64,000 nt of DNA from an uncultured Erysipelotrichaceae bacterium (lineage in GTDB: Bacteria; Bacillota_I; Bacilli_A; RF39; UBA660). The DNA lies in contig CAUSWF010000002.1 of the NCBI GenBank assembly GCA_963535465.1, forward strand, positions 64,606 to 128,605, read 5' to 3'. The notes below the pieces were generated by a model. It was not told where the DNA came from and ran no database searches. It saw nothing but the letters and a program-made list of their open reading frames with translations. Made by a program: the position numbers and the translations under genes. Below are positions 56,732 to 64,000 of the stretch, one piece after another (the stretch's first letter is position 1; each line of letters starts with the position of its first letter).

Positions 56732-58837
56732 ATGATTGTAATTAAAAGAGACGGACGAAAAGAACAATTTAATGAAAACAAGATTAAGAAAGCTATTTCA
56801 AAATGTTACTTAGCTAATGACGAACTGCCAGATGAAATACAAATTAACAAGATTGTATCAGAGATAGAAAATTTAACTGATGAATTAACAGTAGAAGAAA
56901 TACAAGACTTTATAATTAATGATTTAGAAGATTTAGATATAGCTCAATCTTATAAAGAATATAGAGAACAACGAAATAAAATTCGAGACTTTAAATTAAA
57001 TCAAAAATTTTACAACACTGTTACTGAATTAGTTGATAGGAAACAAAACGAAGCATCTAAAGAAAATTCTAATAAAGATGCTACTCAAATCCATGTAATT
57101 AGAGATTTAATCGCAGGAGAAACTTCACGTAAACTTTATAATGAACTTATAATGCCTAAGAAATTACGTGAATTACATGAAAAAGGAATACTTCACGTAC
57201 ATGATACTGACTATAGATTACAACAAAATGAGACTAATTGCGAGCTATCAAATCTTGAAGATACTCTAAGTAAGGGAACTGTAATGAATGGCAAATTCAT
57301 TGAACCACCTAAGAGTTTAAGAACTGCTTGTACTGTGGCTTCTCAAATTATTACAGCTGTAAGCTCATCTACTTATGGAGGGCAAACTATTACTATGTCA
57401 CATTTAGCTAAATATGTTAAAGTATCCAAAGAAAAGATAACTAAGAAAATGGCTAAGTTAAGAGTTACTGATCCTAATGTAGTTAATGCTTTATTACAGG
57501 ATGAAATTAAAGACTCAATACAAACTTTACTATATCAGTTGAACACTATCTCTTGTACTAACGGACAGAGTCCTTTCATAACGTTATTTTTATACCTTGA
57601 TGAGAAACCAGAGTATAAAAAAGAAACTTTAATGCTTTGTAAAGAGGTAATTAAACAACGCATAGAAGGAATGAAGTCTCCTTCTAGATATATTATTAGT
57701 CCTACATTCCCTAAATTAGTAATTTGTTTAACTGATAAAATGTTTATTGAAGGTACTCCTGATTATGAATTTGCAAAATTATGTGCTAAATGTGTAACAA
57801 AACGTATGGTTCCAGATTTCATATCTGAGAAGAACATGAAGGCACTTAAAGAAGGATGTGTAATACCGCCAATGGGATGCAGAAGTATATTACATCCTTG
57901 GAAGGATAAGAACGGTAATTATCAAATATACGGTAGAAATAATGTTGGTGTAATATCAATTAATTTACCATATTTAGCTCTTGAAAGTAAAACTATAGAA
58001 GAATTTTATGGTAAACTTGAAGATATGATTGACTATGTGTCTAAGACACAAAAATCTATCTATGATGTTATTGTAGATTCTCCTGTAGATATTGCTCCTA
58101 TACTTTATATGTATGGAGTATTAGATAGAGCTAAATCAGGAACTAAAATTAAAGATGTCATTGGTAATTGTAAATGTTCTGTATCTATAGGATATATGGG
58201 AATTGCAGAATGTGTTGAACGATTTGGAATAAGTTATAATACTAAAGAAGGGCATGATTTAGGTATTAGTATTATTAAACATATGTTTGATAGAACTAAT
58301 TACAATAAAGAAAAATATGATATAGCTCTTAGTTTATATGGGACTCCTGCCGAGAGTTTGACCACGAAGTTTGCTAAAGCATTAAAAGTATTTCCAATTA
58401 TCCCTCATGTTAATGATAGAACTTATATTACTAATAGTTATCACATTCCTGTTGAAACACATATAGATGCTTTTAGTAAGATGGATTTTGAATCAGAGTT
58501 TCAGAAATACTCTACAGGTGGTGCGATTTCTTATGTTGAAGTACCTGATGTTCGTAATAATCCAGAAGCAATCTTTGAATTAATGAAACATATATATGAT
58601 GTAATGGTTTATTGTGAGATAAATACTACATCATGTTCAATTTGTTATAATTGTGGTTTTGAAGGTGAAATAGAATTATCAGAAGATGGTACTCATTGTA
58701 CTTGTCCTAATTGTGGATGTACTGATCCTTCAAAATTACATGTTATCCTCCGCTCTTGCGGATATCTTGGTGAGTATTCATTAGGAACATCTATTGGAAG
58801 AGCTGGAGATATAACTAATAGAGTAAAACATTTATAA
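56732..58837 (+). CDS. nrdD: Anaerobic ribonucleoside-triphosphate reductase (class III RNR)
   Basis: N-terminal ATP-cone (VIKRDGRKEQFNENKIKKAI), Zn site CSICYNCG...CPNCGC, and glycyl-radical motif RSCGYLG. Confidence 0.9.
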   Translation: MIVIKRDGRKEQFNENKIKKAISKCYLANDELPDEIQINKIVSEIENLTDELTVEEIQDFIINDLEDLDIAQSYKEYREQRNKIRDFKLNQKFYNTVTELVDRKQNEASKENSNKDATQIHVIRDLIAGETSRKLYNELIMPKKLRELHEKGILHVHDTDYRLQQNETNCELSNLEDTLSKGTVMNGKFIEPPKSLRTACTVASQIITAVSSSTYGGQTITMSHLAKYVKVSKEKITKKMAKLRVTDPNVVNALLQDEIKDSIQTLLYQLNTISCTNGQSPFITLFLYLDEKPEYKKETLMLCKEVIKQRIEGMKSPSRYIISPTFPKLVICLTDKMFIEGTPDYEFAKLCAKCVTKRMVPDFISEKNMKALKEGCVIPPMGCRSILHPWKDKNGNYQIYGRNNVGVISINLPYLALESKTIEEFYGKLEDMIDYVSKTQKSIYDVIVDSPVDIAPILYMYGVLDRAKSGTKIKDVIGNCKCSVSIGYMGIAECVERFGISYNTKEGHDLGISIIKHMFDRTNYNKEKYDIALSLYGTPAESLTTKFAKALKVFPIIPHVNDRTYITNSYHIPVETHIDAFSKMDFESEFQKYSTGGAISYVEVPDVRNNPEAIFELMKHIYDVMVYCEINTTSCSICYNCGFEGEIELSEDGTHCTCPNCGCTDPSKLHVILRSCGYLGEYSLGTSIGRAGDITNRVKHL

Positions 58838-58839
58838 TT

Positions 58840-59052
58840 ATGGAAGATTGTATAAAAATAATTCATAATGAAAATAATTCATTTACAGTTTCTTACAAAG
58901 ATAAGTATGCTGATGAATTATGTTGGGAAGAAATGTTAGGTTTAATTGCTAGTTTAACTATTAGTAGTAATAAACCTTGTCAACAATGGTTACGAACAGA
59001 CGAAGAACATGAAAAATTCAATCAATCTTTACGTAAATACTCAACAGTTTAA
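58840..59052 (+). CDS. Hypothetical protein
   Basis: ORF-track ORF. Confidence 0.45.
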   Translation: MEDCIKIIHNENNSFTVSYKDKYADELCWEEMLGLIASLTISSNKPCQQWLRTDEEHEKFNQSLRKYSTV

Positions 59053-59220
59053 AAATAAAAAATTTATAAATTATGGATGAAGAATTGTTTGATAAAGAGT
59101 TGCAAAAAAGACTTGGAATAGTTTATCACAAAGAAACTGGCACAGTTAGTGTCTGTGGTTATATTCCAGATCCTATTGCTTATACTAATATAGCAATATA
59201 TAAACAAATCATGGGAATGA

Positions 59221-59703
59221 ATGCTTAACATTTTAGAAATAAAACAATATGATGTTATCAACGGTCCTGGAATAAGATGTTCTATTTGGGTAGCTGGATG
59301 CAATAATCATTGCGAAGGTTGTTGGAGTCCTCATACATGGAATCCAAATCAAGGTAGACCTTTAAAAGAGTGTATTCCTGAAATTAAGAACTATCTTAAT
59401 AATCCGAAAGTAACTGGAGTATCTATATTAGGTGGAGATCTATTTTATCATTTATTTAATGGAGATTATAACGATGTAGTAACATTATTAATGCTATGTC
59501 ATAGTTATAATAAACCTGTATGGGTATGGACTGGTTATACAAAAGAAGAAATAGATAAACGTTTACAAGAATTACGTATACCTAAATTATTAAATGCTTT
59601 TGTAGATGTTCTTATTGATGGACGATTTGATATTACTAAAAAAGATATGAACCTTAAATGGAGAGGTTCCTCAAATCAAAGAATAATTAAAATAAATAAA
59701 TAA
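59221..59703 (+). CDS. nrdG: Anaerobic RNR activating enzyme (radical SAM)
   Basis: DVINGPGIRCSIWVAGCNNHCEGCWSPHTW contains CxxxCxxC. Confidence 0.85.
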   Translation: MLNILEIKQYDVINGPGIRCSIWVAGCNNHCEGCWSPHTWNPNQGRPLKECIPEIKNYLNNPKVTGVSILGGDLFYHLFNGDYNDVVTLLMLCHSYNKPVWVWTGYTKEEIDKRLQELRIPKLLNAFVDVLIDGRFDITKKDMNLKWRGSSNQRIIKINK

Positions 59704-59728
59704 CTTAAGCTCACTATATTAATTTATA

Positions 59729-59992
59729 GTGAGCTATTTTTATGTACTTATGGAGTTAACTTATACAGATGGTTGTATTGCTACTAGTCTTGATATAGAT
59801 GGAGTAGAAAGTATTGATATGAGTATTGAAGACTTTAGAAAAGTTATTCATAAAATTGTTGATAATATTAATGATTTAGCATCACTACAAACTATTTTTA
59901 CTGATTTTGTAGAATGTAATGGTAAACTTGTTAATGAGTATCATTGTGATTGTTGTGGTGATTATGTTACTACTTATACAATAACTATATGA
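59729..59992 (+). CDS. Hypothetical protein
   Basis: ORF-track ORF with a GTG start. An alternative ATG lies near 59750. Confidence 0.45.
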   Translation: MSYFYVLMELTYTDGCIATSLDIDGVESIDMSIEDFRKVIHKIVDNINDLASLQTIFTDFVECNGKLVNEYHCDCCGDYVTTYTITI

Positions 59993-60267
59993 AAAAATTT
60001 AAATTAATTAGGTCCGAAGTTATACCTGTAATGGTTACTTCAACTATAGAAATAGAAGCTGAAAATTTAAAAGAAGCTATAGAACAGGTAGTTGAGGGTG
60101 AAGGTGATATACTTTATACTTCAGAAGATGTAGTGGATTATGCGTATAATATAGAAAAGTATGCTGATAACGCTACTTTATCTATATATGATACTAATAA
60201 TAAATTATTATATAATGATAACGAAACATTTGCTTATGGGCACAATCCATACAAATGTTTTGAATAA
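59989..60267 (+). CDS. Hypothetical protein
   Basis: ORF-track ORF. Confidence 0.5.
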   Translation: MKKFKLIRSEVIPVMVTSTIEIEAENLKEAIEQVVEGEGDILYTSEDVVDYAYNIEKYADNATLSIYDTNNKLLYNDNETFAYGHNPYKCFE

Positions 60268-60293
60268 ATATTAACTTTTTAAAAATTAAAATT

Positions 60294-60635
60294 ATGAATA
60301 AGTTTGAAAAATTAATTAGTGCAAACAGTAATTCAACATTAAAACGTCGTGCAGGCATTATTAGTAATGAAGCTAAAATGGCTCAAGAAGATATTGTAGC
60401 TACGATTAAACGTGCAATCAATCAGGAAGAACTTAAATTAATGAGCCTTACCGACTTTGCTCCTTCACATACTACGAGTTTACAACCAGGTAATTTTGAG
60501 CAAGGAGGTGCTACAGAATGGGCACAAGAATTACAAAAGTGTAAGGAAAATATTTATAATTTGAATATTAAACTTCAATTAGCTAATGATACTTATAAAG
60601 AGTATTTCGCTGAAGAAAATATAGAGGAGGTTTAA
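60294..60635 (+). CDS. Hypothetical protein
   Basis: ORF-track ORF. Confidence 0.5.
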   Translation: MNKFEKLISANSNSTLKRRAGIISNEAKMAQEDIVATIKRAINQEELKLMSLTDFAPSHTTSLQPGNFEQGGATEWAQELQKCKENIYNLNIKLQLANDTYKEYFAEENIEEV

Positions 60636-60637
60636 TC

Positions 60638-60937
60638 ATGGGACCACGTAAAGTTTTTAATTTTAAAGTTAAAGAGATAATTGGATACATTGAACATTAT
60701 AACGGAAATTCAGGTGAAAGCAGTAATGATGAGAATATTGATTCAGTAGATATTTATTTATCTGGAGGTAAAGTAGTTACTTTAGATCTAACAGATGATC
60801 CTCTTAATGGCGATGAACTTGCTAAAATCTTAGGATATAATTCTGACTATTGGGATACTTTGTACGGTAAAGAAAATCCAACTAAATTACTTAGATCTGA
60901 ACTGAAATCCAAATCAACATATAATCCTTATGAATAA
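60638..60937 (+). CDS. Hypothetical protein
   Basis: ORF-track ORF. Confidence 0.5.
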   Translation: MGPRKVFNFKVKEIIGYIEHYNGNSGESSNDENIDSVDIYLSGGKVVTLDLTDDPLNGDELAKILGYNSDYWDTLYGKENPTKLLRSELKSKSTYNPYE

Positions 60938-61280
60938 AGAAACGGAAGCTAAATACGATAAATTATATGAGAATTATTTAGAAAATTATTATTCTGATAT
61001 TCTAAAAAGAAAGGAATTTTTTGACATCCTAACTAAATATTCTGATGATCTTCCAAAAGATTATGAATTAGAAAATTATGATGTTGAATATTTTTCTTTT
61101 GAAGAGCAATTAATTACGGATATTATCCAATATAATTGTGATGATGCTTATATTTATATCAATATTGATAAAGTAGAAATTGAAGATATAGAAGATATTT
61201 CTGAAAAAGATCTTAATTATATTGTTAAATTTTGCAAGAAACATAATTTAGATATAATAAATATCAATAAAAGAAATTAA
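60930..61280 (+). CDS. Hypothetical acidic protein
   Basis: ORF-track ORF. Confidence 0.5.
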   Translation: MNKETEAKYDKLYENYLENYYSDILKRKEFFDILTKYSDDLPKDYELENYDVEYFSFEEQLITDIIQYNCDDAYIYINIDKVEIEDIEDISEKDLNYIVKFCKKHNLDIININKRN

Positions 61281-61285
61281 TTTAA

Positions 61286-61471
61286 ATGATTTTAGATAAT
61301 TTAATAGGGAAAAGTATTTATATTAGATTTAAAAGAAATAGTTATAGTTCTAATAAAAATGTTATTTTATTAGAAGTTAATAACTTTGGTATATGGATAA
61401 AAGAGGGGAATTATGATCATCGTTTCTATCCGTATAATAGTATTGAATATATTTCAACTGATAATTTATAA
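61286..61471 (+). CDS. Hypothetical protein
   Basis: ORF-track ORF. Confidence 0.45.
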   Translation: MILDNLIGKSIYIRFKRNSYSSNKNVILLEVNNFGIWIKEGNYDHRFYPYNSIEYISTDNL

Positions 61472-61475
61472 AATT

Positions 61476-61925
61476 ATGCTAAATGATAAGTTAGATTCTA
61501 TGATTATAGAATCAAGAAAAAGTAATAATTCGGATAAATTAAGAGTATTACAAGCTATTAAATCTGAATTTAGTAAAGTTATTCATTCTAAACAAATTTT
61601 AGATGAAGCTAAAGAATTAAAAATTCTTAATAAAATGTATAAGGAACGTGTAAATTCTGCTAAAATTTATGAAGAAAATGGAAGAAAAGATTTAGCTAAA
61701 ATAGAAAATGCAGAAGCTAGAGAACTAAATCCATTTTTACCTGAAAGAATTAATGAATCTGTGATTATAACATTTACTGAAGATTATATTAAATCTTTAA
61801 ATAGAGATATTTCTATGAAGGATTCTGGGCTTATTATTAAAACAGTTAAAAATAAGTATCCTAGTGCTGAAGGTAAATTAGTAAGTAATATAATTAAACA
61901 ATTTGTAAATAATGGAAATAAATAA
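61476..61925 (+). CDS. GatB/YqeY-domain protein
   Basis: ATG 61476. LRVLQAIKSEFSK...LNKMYKERVNSAKIYEENGRKDLAKIENAEARELNPFLP matches the YqeY/GatB C-terminal domain pattern. Confidence 0.6.
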   Translation: MLNDKLDSMIIESRKSNNSDKLRVLQAIKSEFSKVIHSKQILDEAKELKILNKMYKERVNSAKIYEENGRKDLAKIENAEARELNPFLPERINESVIITFTEDYIKSLNRDISMKDSGLIIKTVKNKYPSAEGKLVSNIIKQFVNNGNK

Positions 61926-62079
61926 ATCTTTATTTGAAGAAAGATGTTATTATGAAATTTATCATACTTTATTAAATCTTTTTGAGTATTTTGTTAAACA
62001 TATTAATTCTTATAACGAATTAAGTGAAGAGGAAAAACAACTTTGCCCTAAAAATATATTTGATCAATTAGTTGTATAA
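61912..62079 (+). CDS. Small hypothetical protein (55 aa), paralog of the next gene
   Basis: SYNELSEEEKQLCPKNIFDQL versus SYDELTKEEKEIFPKDIFENL in 62081..62257. Confidence 0.4.
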   Translation: MEINKSLFEERCYYEIYHTLLNLFEYFVKHINSYNELSEEEKQLCPKNIFDQLVV

Positions 62080-62080
62080 T

Positions 62081-62257
62081 ATGGAAGTAAATAAACTTTT
62101 ATTCAAACCTATTAAAGTTCCTGTTGAATTTTATTATATGTTGTTAAGACATCTTCAATATTCTATTAAAGATATAGAATCTTATGACGAATTAACTAAA
62201 GAAGAAAAAGAGATATTTCCTAAAGATATATTTGAAAATTTAATAATTAAAAAATAA
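62081..62257 (+). CDS. Small hypothetical protein
   Basis: ATG 62081 within track ORF 62072..62257. Confidence 0.45.
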   Translation: MEVNKLLFKPIKVPVEFYYMLLRHLQYSIKDIESYDELTKEEKEIFPKDIFENLIIKK

Positions 62258-62258
62258 T

Positions 62259-62651
62259 ATGTTATATTTTACAATAAAATTAGCAGAAAATAGTACTTAT
62301 AACTATGAAGTAGATAAAATTAGTTATAATATTGAAAATTTTAATACAAAAGAAATCATATTTTATACATCTAAAAATTTAAATAAAGGAGATATTATAG
62401 ACTTTTGGGAATTAAAGGATTACGATGTTTACTCTGAATATGTTTATAAAATATTAGATTCTAATAAAAATATTGCTACAGTCATAGATTATGATGACAT
62501 TTATGATGTAATTAGTTATGAATATACTAACATGATGATTGTAGTTAGAATAGAACAACTATTTTATGATAAAAAAGAAATAATAGATATTATGGAACGC
62601 ACTAGTGAAATATTATGTGATATATGTGAACTAGATATTCCAATTTACTAA
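62259..62651 (+). CDS. Hypothetical protein, paralog of 62669..63049
   Basis: Both start MLYF and share length and composition. Confidence 0.5.
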   Translation: MLYFTIKLAENSTYNYEVDKISYNIENFNTKEIIFYTSKNLNKGDIIDFWELKDYDVYSEYVYKILDSNKNIATVIDYDDIYDVISYEYTNMMIVVRIEQLFYDKKEIIDIMERTSEILCDICELDIPIY

Positions 62652-62668
62652 TTAAAAATTAATCAATT

Positions 62669-63049
62669 ATGCTATATTTTTCAATACAACATCCTAATGA
62701 ATACGATCTAGAATTTGCATGTCTTTTATGCGTTTCAAAAAATATAAATGATATTAAGAGTTCTTTAATATTTAAAACTGATGATGATTCTGTTACAATA
62801 AGAGACGAAGATAGTTTAGACTTTTATGAAGTTTATTCTGGGAGTTATGCAGTATTACAATATATGGATGGTTTTAAGTTTAGATCATTTGATATGAGTA
62901 TAGATGCTACTTCCGAATATTATGCAGATTATTTTGATAATGAATCAATAAAAGAAATGAAGGAATGTAAATACTATATTAAAAAAGATGGAAAAATTAT
63001 ATTAGAAAAAGATATAACAGATAACATTAAAAATTTAGTAAATGCATAA
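62669..63049 (+). CDS. Hypothetical protein
   Basis: ORF-track ORF. Confidence 0.5.
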   Translation: MLYFSIQHPNEYDLEFACLLCVSKNINDIKSSLIFKTDDDSVTIRDEDSLDFYEVYSGSYAVLQYMDGFKFRSFDMSIDATSEYYADYFDNESIKEMKECKYYIKKDGKIILEKDITDNIKNLVNA

Positions 63050-63752
63050 CATATTAATTGTTCCAGATATTCATGGTAGAACTTTTTGGAAGAAATTAAA
63101 TCCAAATGATGCTGATTTAATTATATTTTTAGGAGATTATACTGATCCATATAATAATGAAAATATAACTCCTGAAATGGCTATAAATAATCTTAAAGAA
63201 TTAGTAAATTTCTATAATAAATATAAGGATAAATGTGTCTTCTTAAAAGGAAATCATGATTATCCTTATATATCAGAATTATATAAAAAGAACTTCGATT
63301 ATTTGTGTAGATATGATTATGAACATGAAGAAGAAATAGTTTCTTTATTAAAAGAACTAAATCTTAAAGATTGTTATATCATTAACAATTATATATTTAG
63401 TCATGCTGGTTTTAATAATCATTATTGGAAACTAATTCAACCTGGATTTAAAGTAGGAGAATCTATTAGTGATGTATTATCTAATTACCCAGAATTAGCT
63501 GCAAGAGTATCTTGGAGAAGAGGTGGAGTTTTTAATTATGGTAGTCACGTTTGGGAAGATTTACATTATTTTCTTGAAAGTTCTCCTAATAAAGAATTAT
63601 CTAAGTATATTCAAATATTTGGACATACCTTTATAAAAGAAGCTATACATCATAATAATTGTTACTGTCTAGATTGTCAAGATATATTTAAATTAAATTT
63701 AGAAACACGTAAATTATGTTATGCTTCAGGAAAAGAAATTACCGAAATATAA
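63042..63752 (+). CDS. Ser/Thr-phosphatase-type metallophosphoesterase
   Basis: VPDIHGR, FLGDYTD, KGNHD, SHAG and FGHT. Confidence 0.75.
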   Translation: MHNILIVPDIHGRTFWKKLNPNDADLIIFLGDYTDPYNNENITPEMAINNLKELVNFYNKYKDKCVFLKGNHDYPYISELYKKNFDYLCRYDYEHEEEIVSLLKELNLKDCYIINNYIFSHAGFNNHYWKLIQPGFKVGESISDVLSNYPELAARVSWRRGGVFNYGSHVWEDLHYFLESSPNKELSKYIQIFGHTFIKEAIHHNNCYCLDCQDIFKLNLETRKLCYASGKEITEI

Positions 63753-64000
63753 ATTAGGAGAAGAACAAGAAGAAGCATTATCAAGAATAAAAGATTTTGT
63801 AAAAAATAGTAAAGAAATTAGTTTTTCTTTATTTGGGCCTGCTGGAACGGGTAAATCTTTAATGATTTCTTATGTTATTAAATATTTAATAGATGAAGGG
63901 TATGATTATGCTCTATGTGCTCCTACTCATAAAGCTGCTTTAGTTATGAGAACATATACAGGAGAAGATACGACTACTCTTCATAGCCTTTTAGCTTTGT
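63721..64000 (+). CDS. SF1 Dda/RecD-like helicase, N-terminal part (runs off the window end)
   Basis: ATG 63721. LFGPAGTGKS is the Walker A motif, followed by LCAPTHKAA. Confidence 0.65.
   Translation, partial: MLQEKKLPKYKLGEEQEEALSRIKDFVKNSKEISFSLFGPAGTGKSLMISYVIKYLIDEGYDYALCAPTHKAALVMRTYTGEDTTTLHSLLAL

Noticed and set aside
59074-59228. Small ORF upstream of nrdG that ends in TAG (59191-93). A -1 frame reads on as YIPDPIAYTNIAIYKQIMGMNA.
   Set aside because: There is no slippery sequence, both alternatives are short, and I cannot distinguish them without homologues.
1-64000. CRISPR arrays, rRNA genes, integrase or attachment sites, reverse transcriptase/DGR or retron components.
   Set aside because: I saw no regularly spaced repeats, rRNA-like sequence, or recombinase or RT motifs in any frame.

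Overview
The window reads as a large fragment of a crAss-like (Crassvirales-type) tailed-phage genome. It is very AT-rich, densely coding, and split into modules. All calls come from manual translation and motif recognition; no searches or folding programs were run.

(1) Bases 1-15273 hold two divergent late/virion/lysis gene blocks: minus strand 1-8378 and plus strand 8561-15273. These only make sense if TAG is read as a sense codon. I counted about 90 in-frame TAGs by hand. TAA and TGA still terminate genes at sensible, often ATGA-overlapping, boundaries. Products include TerL, peptidase M15-like, lytic transglycosylase-like and GH108 muramidase proteins, holin-like membrane proteins and an HExxH protein.

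(2) Directly after this block, on the minus strand, sit two tandem tRNAs that both carry a CUA (amber-reading) anticodon. One is a compact Gln-like tRNA. The other is an 88-nt tRNA with a long variable arm.

(3) Bases 16-64 kb use the standard code; only 4 of about 75 stops I read are TAG. This part carries replication and nucleotide-metabolism genes: SF2 helicases, DnaB-like helicase, primase, an SSB-like protein, RNase H, a RecE-like exonuclease, NrdD/NrdG, dNMP nucleotidase, phosphoesterases and a Dda/RecD-like helicase.

(4) A tRNA/ncRNA-rich zone spans about 24.8-38 kb. It holds at least 8 further tRNAs, several aberrant tRNA-like elements, a phage-encoded tmRNA and several structured non-coding regions.

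(5) A compositionally distinct G+C-richer island lies at about 18.4-22.8 kb. Its small genes have structured leaders and strong terminators.

(6) A LAGLIDADG mini-intein with a class-3-like WCT signature splits the catalytic D-x-K-T motif of a PD-(D/E)XK nuclease gene.
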